Part shown: piece after piece, positions 21,578 through 33,699 of the stretch
Layout of the letters: every line of letters begins with the position of its first letter
How positions within the stretch are numbered: position 1 is the first letter of the stretch
NCBI RefSeq assembly: GCF_001194135.2
Contig: NC_069007.1
Span: forward strand, 5,684,449 to 5,724,768
Direction of reading: 5' to 3'
Length of the DNA stretch: 40,320 nt
From: Octopus bimaculoides
Taxonomy: Eukaryota
Program-made: the position numbers and the translations under genes
Notes under the pieces: model-generated
Told to the model about the DNA's origin: nothing
Database searches by the model: none
What the model saw: the letters and a program-made list of their open reading frames with translations, nothing else

Positions 21578-22008
21578 TGCACAAGCATATAAGTATATTT
21601 ATAATATTTATATATATAATATATATTCATACATATACATGTGTGTGTATACATTTATACACAGAGGGACTTACGCATATATGCATGCACGCAGGCACTC
21701 ACATGCATGCACACACACACATACACGCACACACATGCATATGCACACACAATTTTCTGATATAATTTTTTGAAGGATTTTTTTTTTCTGTTTATGGATT
21801 GCAATCTTGCAGTCTCTAATAATTCACTTATTAGAATGATTATCTACTGGCCATTGTTAGAATTTTGTCAGGCGGCGATGGTGGGATGGAAGAACGAGGA
21901 GAAAAGACTGGATAAACTACTCATTAGAGAACTAAGGAGATGCATGTGTGTATGTATGTGTTTGTATGTGTTTGTATAAGTTTGTGTGTGTACATATGCA
22001 TTGGCATG

Positions 22009-22210
22009 AGTATGTATGCATTTGTGTGAGAACGTATGTATGCATTTGTGTGTGTATGCATGCATTTGTGTGAGAACGTATGTATACATTTGTGTGTGTA
22101 TGTATGTATTTGTGTGAGAATGTATGTATGCATTTGTGTGTGTATGTATGCATTTGTGTGTGTATGTATGCATTTGTGTGTGTATGTATGCATTTGTGTG
22201 TGTATGTATG
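22009..22210. repeat. Minisatellite of alternating 24- and 20-bp units (agaacgtatgtatgcatttgtgtg / tgtatgtatgcatttgtgtg)
   Basis: Units at 22029, 22053, 22073, 22097 and 22117, then three perfect 20-mers at 22141-22200. Confidence 0.9.
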
Positions 22211-22427
22211 TGCTTACAAGACTATGTCTGTTTTGGTGTGTGATGTGTAAAAAGTGCAGAAAGAATATTAAAAATGGAAGCAAGAGAAGAATTTATGGTA
22301 CCAGACTTCTTAATGCATGTCTTTGGTGACTCTTGGTGCTTAATTCAAAACCTTGATGTTAGAAATCTTGTAAAAGATCTGAAAGTTCTCATATCTTTTC
22401 GTTCTTTGAATATTCGCCTTGTTTCAA

Positions 22428-22555
22428 GGCTACTGAGCTGGCGGAATCATTAGCAGGCCTGGCAAAATGCTGCTAAGCATTTCTTCTGAGTTCAAGTTCT
22501 GTCAAGGTCAACTTTGCCCTTCATCCTTTCAGGGTTGATAAAATAAGTACCAGTC
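22428..22555 (+). mobile_element. SINE family D, 5' half
   Basis: ggctactgagctggcggaatc...ctgagttcaag...gataaaataagtaccag. Confidence 0.75.
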
Positions 22556-22740
22556 ATTCGATTACAGCCATGCTGGTGCACAGTCATAAAGACTTCAGTT
22601 GAACAACTTCAATTCACTTCAGTTTTTTTTTATATGTCTCGTATTTATTTTATCATTCACTTCTGCAGAATTGCAAAAGATGTAAACTAATCAACACTGG
22701 TTATCAAGCAATGGAGATACACACACACACACACACACAT
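22552..22740 (-). mobile_element. SINE family A, older subtype, diverged tail
   Basis: cagtcattcgattacagccatgctggtgcac...gatgtaaact...gttatcaagcaatgg. Confidence 0.5.
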
Positions 22741-22888
22741 GTACACCATCATCATCATCATCGTTATTATTATTATTATTATTATATGCTTTGCCAGTGT
22801 CACATTAAAAGTACTTGATACGAAGAAGAAGAAGAAGAAGAAGAAGGGGGATTATTTGTAAGTAGCATAGCATCACCTTTAATTTTTT

Positions 22889-22929
<41 letters not shown>

Positions 22930-23472
22930 ATATAGTTTTAGGGAAAAGAACCAAGGTTCATGAACTCATCGATGAAAATCCACTGTCACATATAGAAAAA
23001 TTAATAAGTAAAAGCACAATAAATAAGTATAATATAATACAAAATGAATATCATAAAATAAAGATAATAATTTAATTATAATTTTTAATAAATTGATTTT
23101 GAGTTTTTACCTGCAATTTTGGATTTTATCCCTAATATTATTATTATTATTATTATTACATATATATATATATCTACACAGATTCAAATAGACCTACACA
23201 TGTTTCTACTGCATCAATTAATTACCATTGCAGTTGCAACCATACTATAATCCCCGTGCAGTTTCTTTAGGGTCTTCACTTTAATATCCTTTGATTTAAC
23301 TAAATAAAATACAGTTCATAGTGAGGGATTATTGATCCAGGCCAAATACTTGATTAGCTCTCTGTTTGCCCATCAGGCTAACAATATTGCTTCGATTAGC
23401 AAAGAACATTACATATTCTTGTGGCAGGTTCCCAAGGTTATGTACATCTCTCTATCTATATGAATATATATG

Positions 23473-23847
23473 CTTTTATTTGTTTCCGTCACGTGACTGC
23501 AGCCATGCTGGAGCACCGCCTTTGGTCAAACAAATCAACCCCAGGACTTATTCTTTGTAAGCCTAGTACTTATTCTATCGGTTTCTTTTGCTGAACCGCT
23601 AACTTGCAGGGACGTAAACACACCAACATCAGTCGCCAAGCAATGGTGGGGGGACAAACACAGACACGAGCGCGCGTACATATATGACAGGCTCCTTTGA
23701 GTTTACGTCTACCAAATCTACTCACAAGGCTTTGGTCAGCCTGAAGCTATAATAGAAGACACTTGCCCAAGGTGACATGCAGTGGGACTGAATCTGGGAC
23801 CATGTGGTTGATAAGCAAGCTTCTTACCACACAGCCACACCCGCACC
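23473..23847 (-). mobile_element. Full-length SINE family A
   Basis: Reverse complement of 6524-6925 along its length. Confidence 0.9.
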
Positions 23848-24152
23848 TATGCAAACATAGAACAATAATTGCTTGTATGTTGTAGTTATTTAGCCATTGA
23901 TCAACTTCAATCAAGCAAATCTTTAATCAAAGACATTACACTACTTCTATTGTGGTGGCTCCATGTAGACATACCTTAGACCATGTCCTCTAAAAAGGGT
24001 TACCTGACTGATTAAGACAGAATCCCAAACTAACAATTTCCAGCCTCAGATTAACATGTATGAGCTAGCTTTCCACTTAAACTCTTGATAAATACTGCTC
24101 CTCCAGATCTATTGGTTTGCTGCTGTTACCGCTGTTTAGATCAACTTTATTT

Positions 24153-24760
24153 GGAGGCGCAATGGCCCAGTGGTTAGGGCAGCGGACTCGCAGTCATAGG
24201 ATCGCGGTTTCGATTCCCAGACCGGGTGTTGTGAGTGTTTATTGAGCGAAAACACCTAAAGCTCTACAAGGCTCCGGCAGGGGATGGTGGCAAACCCTGC
24301 TGTACTCTTTCACCACAACTTTCTCTCACTCTTACTTCCTGTTTCTGTTGTGCCTGTAATTCAAAAGGTCAGTCTTGTCACACTGTGTCACGCTGAATAT
24401 CCTCCGAGAACTATGTTAAGGGTACACGTGTCTGTGGAGTGCTCAGCCANNNNNNNNNNTTTATTGAGCGAAAACACCTAAAGCTCTACAAGGCTCCGGC
24501 AGGGGATGGTGGCAAACCCTGCTGTACTCTTTCACCACAACTTTCTCTCACTCTTACTTCCTGTTTCTGTTGTGCCTGTAATTCAAAAGGTCAGTCTTGT
24601 CACACTGTGTCACGCTGAATATCCTCCGAGAACTATGTTAAGGGTACACGTGTCTGTGGAGTGCTCAGCCACTTGCACGTTAATTTCACGGGCAGGCTGT
24701 TCCGTTGAACAGATCAACTGGAACCCTCGACGTCGTAAGCGACGGAGTGCCAACAAAAAC
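24153..24760 (+). mobile_element. SINE family C; 212 bp appear twice across a 10-N gap (assembly overlap)
   Basis: 24238-24449 and 24460-24671 read identically, including copy-specific variants. Confidence 0.85.
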
Positions 24761-25406
24761 ATTTGGCCGTCTGTCCTTCTTTTGTCACCATTTTGGTGTG
24801 TCTACAGTCTACAAAGCTTGATGTCTCCTCATGTGTGGCTAACAACTTGTGCCAAACATTTAACCTTCACAGAAGTTTGGTTAATTTTCTTCAGTCAGTG
24901 TGGGGTGGGAATTCTCTGCCAGCTCTTTGTTTTATTGTTTTTCACTGTGATGGATTTGCTGTTAATCAATAAAATGAGAAGATCAATCAATCATATTGAT
25001 CTCACCAGTCTCAGGAGGGCCTGCTAAGGGGAGGTCATGGACACAGCAAAACCATATTACCCACCAGACCAAACCATTAAAAACAAATCAGCAAAAAATA
25101 AAAAATCTCAAGAACAATTTCAGCTACAAAAATTCTAGTTTTTTTTTTTTATTTACTTTGGATCATTAACAACAACAACAACAACACAGACAAAAACAAG
25201 GGCATGTCCTAATGTAAAAGTTTGCCTTGAAGTATTAACATTAATAACTATAACTGGTTTTGGCTTCTCCCATTCTTTCTATAGGGGGATGTGAGTGGGG
25301 AAAAAATGGATGACAAAATATTGTTATACATGGGAATGGTCATAATTTGTCAATTAAACACACGTGCTATATGCCTGGTCTTTACTTCAGCTTTAGAAAC
25401 AAAAAT

Positions 25407-25789
25407 TGTTGTTGGCACTCCGTTGCTTATGACGTCGAGGGTTCCAGTTGATCCGATCAACGGAACAGACTGCTCGTGAAATTAACGTGCAAGTGGCTGA
25501 GTACTCCACAGACACTTGTACTCATAATGTAGTTCTTGGGGAAGATTCAGCGTGACATAGTGTGACAAGGCTGACCCTTTGAATTACAGGTACAACAGAA
25601 ACAGGAAGTAAGAGTGAGAGAAAGTTGTGGTGAAAGAGTACAGCAGGGTTCACCACCATCCCCTGCTGGAGCCTCGTGGAGCTTTAGGTGTTTTCGCTCA
25701 ATAAACACTCACAACGCCCAGTCTGGGAATTGAAACCGCGATCCTGTGACCGCGAGTCCGCTGCCCTAACCATGGGCCATTGTGCCTCC
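25407..25789 (-). mobile_element. Full-length SINE family C with a 12-bp target-site duplication
   Basis: Reverse complement of the C consensus; agaaacaaaaat (25395-25406) and agaagcaaaaat (25792-25803) flank it. Confidence 0.9.
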
Positions 25790-26081
25790 ACAGAAGCAAA
25801 AATAATAACAGCAATAACACTGAAGTGAAGGCCAAATATAAAGTATTTAATTGCCAAAATATGACCATCCCCAAGTATAACAATATCTGTTTCAATACAC
25901 GATTTCACATCAAGAATCTTGCAAAACAAAAACATAAACGTATGTTTATTTCCTCATATTCCTTTCTATTGTTACCATTTTATACTTTTAATTTCACGCA
26001 TGCATATTGTTTGATTTTGATTTTGTCAACTACACAGTATTGTAGGGTCAGTTGTGCACCATCTGTGAGAAAAACAGCACC

Positions 26082-27106
26082 ATGAAAACAATTCACTCTG
26101 CCAGAAATTTGGAAATGACATGCTGTACTGCTTGGCATTTGTGCTGGAAGTTCCAGTACAAACATTTCAGAGTTTGGGTGTCAGTCTGAGGACAGTGCAG
26201 AGGATTCAGAAAGAGTTGGATAAGTCTAATGGTGATTATAAAGGTATGGCAGCTCAGAAAACTCACTCTGAACTTTTGAATTTGTTGGTGAGATCCAGGC
26301 CATGATTGACAACGATCCCTCCAAGTCAATTAGGTCCATTACTAGGGTCATGGGAGTGGCTGAGTTTCTTATCAGGCAGGCAGTGCATGAAGACATTTGG
26401 TATTCCTCATACAAGATTAGAGAGGGCCAGTTTTTATCCTGAACCATCAAGGACAAGAGGAAAGGCCGTGCTACAATGCTTTTGAACAAACTCAAGCATC
26501 CCCTCCAACCGAACATGCTTTGGTTTTTCTCAGACGAGAATAATTTCTACCAGGATCAAATGGGGAACACAGAGAACAACCGTTGGCTTGCTGTGTCCCC
26601 CCAAAACATGTACTGAGAGAGATAAAGATCAGACATCCAGGCAACATCAGGGAGTGATCACTAATGATGGTGACGCTATGCCTCCACTCATCTTCCCACA
26701 TGGCCTCACACTCAACACGGAGGCCTACATCAAGTGCCTAGGGGTGGTAATGCTACCCTGGGTCAAGATGGTGGCTGCAGGAATACCCTATGTCTGGCAA
26801 CCAGATTTTGCACTATGCCACACAAACAGAAGAACCTAGTCTTGGCTGTCAGATAATTTCTGCAACCATGTCACCCCTAACATCTGACCACCGAACTCCC
26901 CAGACTGCAACCCCTTTGATTATTATGTGTGGGGAACAATTGAGCGAGAGACTAACAAAACTTCTTGTAACACCAAAGATGAACTGAAAGCAAAGGTTAT
27001 GGCAGCATTCACCAACTTAAACAAGGAGACTGTCCAGAAGAGTTGCAGGAGATTCTGAAGTCGTCTGGAGCCCATGGTTGAAGCCAATGGCGATTTTATT
27101 GAATAA
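26082..27106 (+). pseudogene. Tc1/mariner transposase, DD37D (maT) type, multiply disrupted
   Basis: Reconstructed: SLRTVQRIQKEL...DNDPSKSIRS...WFFSDE...YVWQPD-[37 aa]-PPNSPDCNPFDYYVWG...VEANGDFIE*. I counted 37 residues between the second and third Asp. In-frame stops and frameshifts are present. Confidence 0.9.
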
Positions 27107-27189
27107 ATTTACTCTTTAGTATTTCAAGATATTTTTATGTAATTTTGGTAAAAATATCTGTTAAAATGAGATATCAGTGTTATTTTCAT

Positions 27190-27231
27190 TTATGGGTAAT
27201 TTAGATGACAATTTATTCACCGCATCCTATA
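27190..27231 (+). repeat. Probable right terminal repeat of the maT element, ending in TA
   Basis: aatttagatgacaatttattcaccgcatccta-TA; the reverse complement begins TA-taggatgcggtg, resembling the TA-cagggtg ends of this group. I could not find a matching left end. Confidence 0.5.
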
Positions 27232-28293
27232 AATGTATGTATGCATGTGTATATATATATATATATATATGCACATTTGTATATCCATACATATATCTAT
27301 ACCTATCTGTCTCTCTGTCTCTCTGTCTATCTATTAACGTATGTNNNNNNNNNNNNNNNNNNNNNNNNNNNNNNNNNNNNNNNNNNNNNNNNNNNNNNNN
27401 NNNNNNNNNNNNNNNNNNNNNNNNNNNNNNNNNNNNNNNNNNNNNNNNNNNNNNNNNNNNNNNNNNNNNNNNNNNNNNNNNNNNNNNNNNNNNNNNNNNN
27501 NNNNNNNNNNNNNNNNNNNNNNNNNNNNNNNNNNNNNNNNNNNNNNNNNNNNNNNNNNNNNNNNNNNNNNNNNNNNNNNNNNNNNNNACACACACACACA
27601 TATATATATATATTCCAATGAAAGCAATACAAGAAATATACAATAAAAAAAAGGAAATTAAGATAAATATATCTCCATCAAACAATACAATTTTAAAAAA
27701 GTTCATTTAAAAACAAATTCTTTTCTTTTTGTTTTCTCTTTTTCAAAATTTCATTCTTAAATGCAAAAACAACGACTATTAAGAGTGGATTCCAAATTGG
27801 ATTAAATTTTTCTTTATCCCTCGGCAATTAGATATAAAAGAATTATTATGAAGGATTACCGCAATTAAAATGATTGCGATTGTTTCCGAATTTTCCTCTC
27901 ATGGTGGCGTACACAAATTACGTTAGCGTTTGATTATTCTGCCAAACAGAAATGTTCTGCTGTTTTGTATTAATAGCGTAAAAGTTTCATAGTAAAAATC
28001 TTGGATTGCAAGAATTTTTTGAATTGTATTTTTATTTGTGGTGGGGTATCTCATTATTCAGAAAAGGATATAAACAATAATTGTTATTATTATGTAATAG
28101 AATGCATCATTATTATTTTTTGTTTTTTTTGCCGTATTGGAAGATAACATACAATCTATGGCATCTGGTTTCATAATGTCTTAATTATGTTGCTGTTGTT
28201 GTTGTTGTTGTTGGTGCTGTTTAGCTCTCAGTCAATCCTGATCAAACAGAACAAACCTAATATCAAATGCAAGCCAGCCATAAAAAAACTCCA

Positions 28294-29330
28294 GGCATTG
28301 TGTATCTAGGACTACACTATTCAATGTGTTGGGCAGCCCTGATCTTGCAGACCATTGATCAAATGTAATCTAACAATGTCTGCGTCATCTTCATTTTCGG
28401 CATTGTGTAACTAGGACTACACTATTCAATGTGTTGGGCAGCCCTGATCTTGCAGACCAATGATCAAATGTAATCTAACAATGTCTGCGTCATCTTCATT
28501 TCTGGCATAGTGTAACTAGGACTACACTATTCAATGTGTTGGGCGGCCCTGATCTTGCAGACCATTGATCAAAAGTAATCTAACAATGTTTGCNNNNNNN
28601 NNNNNNNNNNNNNNNNNNNNNNNNNNNNNNNNNNNNNNNNNNNNNNNNNNNNNNNNNNNNNNNNNNNNNNNNNNNNNNNNNNNNNNNNNNNNNNNNNNNN
28701 NNNNNNNNNNNNNNNNNNNNNNNNNNNNNNNNNNNNNNNNNNNNNNNNNNNNNNNNNNNNNNNNNNNNNNNNNNNNNNNNNNNNNNNNNNNNNNNNNNNN
28801 NNNNNNNNNNNNNNNNNNNNNNNNNNNNNNNNNNNNNNNNNNNNNNNNNNNNNNNNNNNNNNNNNNNNNNNNNNNNNNNNNNNNNNNNNNNNNTGATCAA
28901 ATGTAATCTAACAATGTCTGCGTCATCTTCATTTCTGGCATAGTGTAACTAGGACTACACTATTCAATGTGTCGGGCGGCCCTGATCTTGCAGACCATTG
29001 ATCAAAAGTAATCTAACAATGTCTGCGTCATCTTCATTTCCGGCATTGTGTATCTAGGACAACACTATAGTATGTGACTTCCTTCAATTTTGTCCTTTAA
29101 CACCGAGTCAAACCTGATCAAGTTAAAACAATGAACGAAAGCATTCCAAACATGCCCATCTTGCCTTTTATTTCCAGGCATTGTGTATCTAGGACTACAC
29201 TATTCAATGTACCTTGTCTTGATATTGTTGTTTAACACTAGGTCAGACTTGAATAGGATGGTTTCGGAGTTCTAGTTCTAATATTGCATTTTTTATATCA
29301 GGTATTGTGTACCTAGGACTATATTATCCA
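28294..29330. repeat. 105-bp tandem satellite with diverged flanking units that keep a 28-bp box
   Basis: ggca(t/a)(t/a)gtgta(t/a)ctaggactacactat at 28294, 28399, 28504, (gap), 28937 and 29042 (spacing 105), then at about 29176 and 29300 with different intervening sequence. Confidence 0.9.
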
Positions 29331-29371
29331 GTGTGTTTTTGATTTTACCCTCTTTACTTAAAGAGAGCACT

Positions 29372-29571
29372 AGGTGATGGTGATGGTGTTACTGCTGACG
29401 ATGATGGTGGTGATGATGGTAATGATGATGATGATGATGGTGACTCTCGTTGAGTCACTGTTGCTGCTGCAAATGCTGCTGCTGCTGATGACGACGACGA
29501 TGATGATGATGCTGATGAGGATGATGATGATGATGATGATGCTGATGATGATGATGATGATGATGCTGATG

Positions 29572-29604
<33 letters not shown>

Positions 29605-30345
29605 CTGATGAGGATGATGATGATGATGATGATGCTGATGATGATGATGATGCTGATGAGGATGATGATGATGATGATGATGTTGATGATGCTGATGCTG
29701 ATGATGCTGATGATGATGATGATGCTGATGAGGATGATGATGGTGGTGGTGATGGTGGTGGTGGTGATGATGATGATGATGATGCTGATGAGGATGATGA
29801 TGATGATGATGTTGATGATGATGATGCTGATGATGATGATGCTGATGACGGATTTGCTGTTGTTGCACAATCTGAAAATACTGAGATAACTAATCTCGCA
29901 ACTGTTAATAAGAGTGATTGTGGTAGCAGTAGTGATGATGATGATGATGATGATGATGACAATGATGGTTAGGGTGGTAGAGATGGTGACGCTGATGGTG
30001 GTGGGTGACGACGATCGCGATGATGACATCAGCAACAACGACAACGATAACAATGTCAGCAATATTGTTCGAAGCATAGATGATGATGATGATGATGATT
30101 GTGGTGGTGGTGGTGGTGGTGGTGGTGCTGATGATGGTGCTGATGATGGTGATGACGATGATGATGATAATGATGCTGATGGTGTTGGTGCTGATGATGG
30201 TGATGATGGTGTCAAACTTGATGGAGTAGTGATGACTATCGTCACAGTTGCAGTGATAGTCTTGCTGTTGCTGTTGTTGATGGTGATGATGATGATAACG
30301 ATAATGATGATGGCGGTGATAGTGACGGGGGGATGGGAGGCTGGC
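29372..30345. repeat. Compound trinucleotide tract (GAT/GCT/GAG/GGT)
   Basis: Direct inspection; gives poly-D/M/H/S/I ORFs in several frames. Confidence 0.9.
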
Positions 30346-30616
30346 AGGGAATAATCTTGATAAGGGATTTAACCTTAAAAATAAAAGGGGAACAATTTGA
30401 TTCCCTGTCACTCTCTAAAACTTGACAGATTTTCACTTTCTCTCCCTCTCTCTTTATCTCACTCAGCCTTTCTCTCTCTCTCTCTCTCTCTCCCCCTCAC
30501 CCTTTTGTTCTTCTTCCTCCCTCCTTCACTCTTGCTTCCTCTTTCTATTTCTCCTCCCTCACTCTCTTTGTGTCTTTCACACACACACACATATGTATAT
30601 ATATATATTTATATGG

Positions 30617-30694
<78 letters not shown>

Positions 30695-30807
30695 NNNNNN
30701 NNNNNNNNNNNNNNNNNNNNNNNNNNNNNNNNNNNNNNNNNNNNNNNNNNNNNNNNNNNNNNNNNNNNNNNNNNNNNNNNNNNNNNNNNNNNNNNNNNNN
30801 NNNNNNN

Positions 30808-30854
<47 letters not shown>

Positions 30855-31119
30855 ATATATAATGCCATTATATATGCCCAGAGCATAAACATACAAAGCT
30901 TGTTATCTATTTCTTTCAGATAATCTTCCGAATAAGTGAGAAATCTTGTCAGGATTAATAGCATTAATGGTTATTAAATCTACATATTGCATGAACGCTG
31001 GTTTAGCCATGTGGTTAAGAAACCCACTTTGCATTCATGTGGTCGGGGGTTCAATCTCATTGCATGGAAGCTTAAACCAAATGTCTTTTATCAACACCAC
31101 GGTTTTGTGCTTTTTTGTC

Positions 31120-31330
31120 TAATTCTATTTGTTTCAATCATTGATCTGTGACCATGCTGGGGCATCTTTTGGGAAAGGTTTTAGTCAAATAAATCGATCT
31201 CAGTACTTATTTTTCAAACTCTGGTATCTTATTTATCAGACTCTTTCCCTGAACTGCTAAGTTATGGGAGATTGAAAGAAACTAACAGCAGTTGTCAAGC
31301 AGTGCTGCAAACAAAAACAGACAACAAACA
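31120..31330 (-). mobile_element. SINE family A, older subtype, diverged tail
   Basis: tttgtttcaatcatt...gaccatgctggggc...gaactgctaagttatggg...gttgtcaagc. Confidence 0.6.
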
Positions 31331-31338
31331 CAATAAAG

Positions 31339-31545
31339 ACTGGCACTCCATTGGTTATGAGAACAAGTGTTCCAGTTGATCTGATTAACGGGACAGCCCA
31401 CTCGTGAAATTAACATGCAAGTGGCTGAGTACTCCACAGACATGCATATCCCTTATGTAGTTCTCAAGGAGATTCAATGTGACACAGAAGGCGACAAGGT
31501 TGGTCCTTTGAAATACAGGTACAGCTCATTGTTGCCAGCTGATTT
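31339..31545 (-). mobile_element. SINE fragment: family-C tail joined to an E-type body start
   Basis: ggcactcc...ttccagttgatc...gtgaaattaacatgcaagtggctgag...gaaatacaggtacagctcattgttgccagctg. Confidence 0.7.
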
Positions 31546-31602
31546 AGTTTTTGTAGTGTTATAACACTGTTACAGTTTAGTCTATACCCAAGGATATAAG
31601 AG

Positions 31603-31612
31603 TGGCGACGAG
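31603..31612 (+). promoter_or_regulatory. Primer-binding site of the Gypsy element (TGGCGACGAG)
   Basis: Lies 32 bp before the gag ATG; complementary over 10 nt to the 3' end (CUCGUCGCCA) of eukaryotic tRNA-Ser(GCU). Confidence 0.7.
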
Positions 31613-31643
31613 ACATTCGAAGCTCACAGTGGACGTTCTTAGC

Positions 31644-33576
31644 ATGGAAGACCTATTAGCTTCCGTGGTGCAGTTGCAATGGAAACTACAACAGCAACAA
31701 GAACAAAAGAAACAGCAACGACAGGTACAATAGCAACTACAACAACAACAACAGCAAAATCAACAGTTGTTGGAATTATTGTTGCAGTTCAAAAACTCTT
31801 CAGGTTCATTTTCGGCAGACAGTGTTGCTAATTCAATTGAAAAATTTACTTATGATCCAGAAGAAGGGATTACGTTTTCTGCATATTTCAGAAGGTATGA
31901 AAGAATCTTCAAAGAAGAATGGAGAAACTGGACGGACAAAAAGAAGGTATGACTTCTTTTAAAAAATTATCACCCGCAGAATATGAAAAATACTGTAATA
32001 ACACCCTGCCGAGAAAACCATCCGAAATTTGTTTTGAGGAAACAATTAACCTGTTATCTAAAATATTCAGTGAAAGAAGTTCCCTGTTTAATATTTGCTG
32101 GGAGTTCTTGAATTTGAAAAAAAGAAAAGAAAGAACCCCAAGATTTTGTCTCGTATGCCGGAATTGTAAACAGAGAATGAAAAATTTAAACTAAATGAAT
32201 TAACCCAGATATGTTCAGATGTCTAATCTTTGAACAAGGATTAAATGTAAGCAAAGAAGCAGAGATACGGGCTCAGATATTAACAAAACTAGAACAAGAC
32301 TCGAAACTAACTCCACAGGCAGTGGCTGAAGACTGCCAAAGGATTATAAATTTACATCAGGAGGCAGGAAAAATTGGAAAAAATTAGTCAAATATATATG
32401 TGTTGACCTGTAACAGATAAGTAAAAGGAATAACTATAGTCAAGACCCAAACTATGCTATGGGTGTGGAGAAGTACATTTTAAAAGAAATTGTCCTTTTG
32501 GATGTGGAAAAATTAAATATAAGAATTCACATTGTTGGGTGAAACAAAAAGGTTGAATGAAAAAATTTCGTGAAAAATGTATTGTCAACACAAATGGAAA
32601 GTGAGGCACAAGAAAGATAAATAATGTGAATACGAAACTACAGTTGGACACAGATAGTGATAACATGATAATTAACGATGATGCATGGAGAAAAATAGGA
32701 AAGCCTACATTGAAAAAAATTTTGAAAATTGCACGCAGTATTTCAGGGAAACAATTGCAGTTTTTGGACGAAATGATAAGCGAGGTGGCATCTTGTAGAA
32801 AAACTTTGAAAACCAAAGTTTTGTATTAAAAAAATACGACAAACCTATTTCGCAAAGACTGGACAGAATTATCTAATTTATGTTACCTCCCCATAAACAT
32901 TTTTTATGATAATGTAAATGGTTCCTATGCCAGTTCAAATAAGGCGTCAAAGAATTTAAAAAAGAAATTAAAAAAAGATTTTTCCTGATGTTTTTTTTTT
33001 CTGAAGAATTAGGTAGTCACACCAAAACAAAAGTAAAATTTCAAATGAAAGAAAACGCTACACTGATATTCAAACCGAAGCAAGTTGTATCTTTCGCGGT
33101 GTTGAATCAAGTCAACAAGGAATTCGATAGACTCGAGAAGCTTGGAATTACAGAAAAAAATTGATTATTCAGAATGGACATCACCAACTGTTTATGTTAA
33201 AGAAAATAAATAAATAAATAAAGTACGAGTATGCACTGACTTTTCAACAGGCTTGAACGAATGCTTGATGACATCCAATTACCCATTACAAAGTCTGACG
33301 GAAATTTTTGCGAAACTCAGTGGAAGAAAACTTTTTTTCAAAGTTGGACTTGTCGGAGGCGTATTTACAGTTACAAGTCGAGGAGGAATGTTCGAAATTA
33401 TTAGCGACAAAAGTTTATATATATTCAATCGACTTCCTTTTGGAATAAAGCTGACACTTAGTATTTTCCAAGAGATGATGGACACTATGCTTATGGATAT
33501 GGATTTTGCTATAGCTTACTTGGATGACATACTCATAAAAAGAGAGTATCAAGGTCATCATGAGGAACATGAATAA
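31644..33576 (+). pseudogene. Ty3/Gypsy (Mag-like) LTR retrotransposon gag-protease-RT remnant, truncated before RNase H
   Basis: Gag FTYDPEEGITFSAYFRRYE...KLEQDSKLT. Zinc knuckle CYGCGEVHFKRNC (32455-93). Protease LQLDTDS (Asp codon 32647, G>D in the DTGS motif). RT VRVCTDFSTGLN...FNRLPFGI...IFQ...YLDD (33517-28). Many stops and frameshifts. Confidence 0.92.
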
Positions 33577-33699
33577 ATGTGGTAGTGTCATAATTGTGTT
33601 TCCTTTACCATTGCATTGCAATGCTCAGACCCGAAACATAATAATAATGTTTTGCTTTGGCAAAATTGAAAAGAGCTGGTTGCCTTTTGGAACATCCTG

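Noticed and set aside
24153-24225. tRNA genes at the SINE heads (families A, C, D, E)
   Set aside because: A and B boxes are present, but I could not fold a full cloverleaf and each continues into a SINE body.
24238-24671. Apparent 212-bp tandem duplication in a SINE
   Set aside because: Copies are identical and separated by a 10-N gap, typical of unmerged contig overlap.
28294-29330. CRISPR-like pattern of constant 28-bp repeats
   Set aside because: Central spacers are near-identical rather than unique, they are too long, there are no cas genes and the context is eukaryotic.
29354-30436. Poly-S, poly-I, poly-H and poly-M ORFs
   Set aside because: Alternative frames of the same trinucleotide tract.
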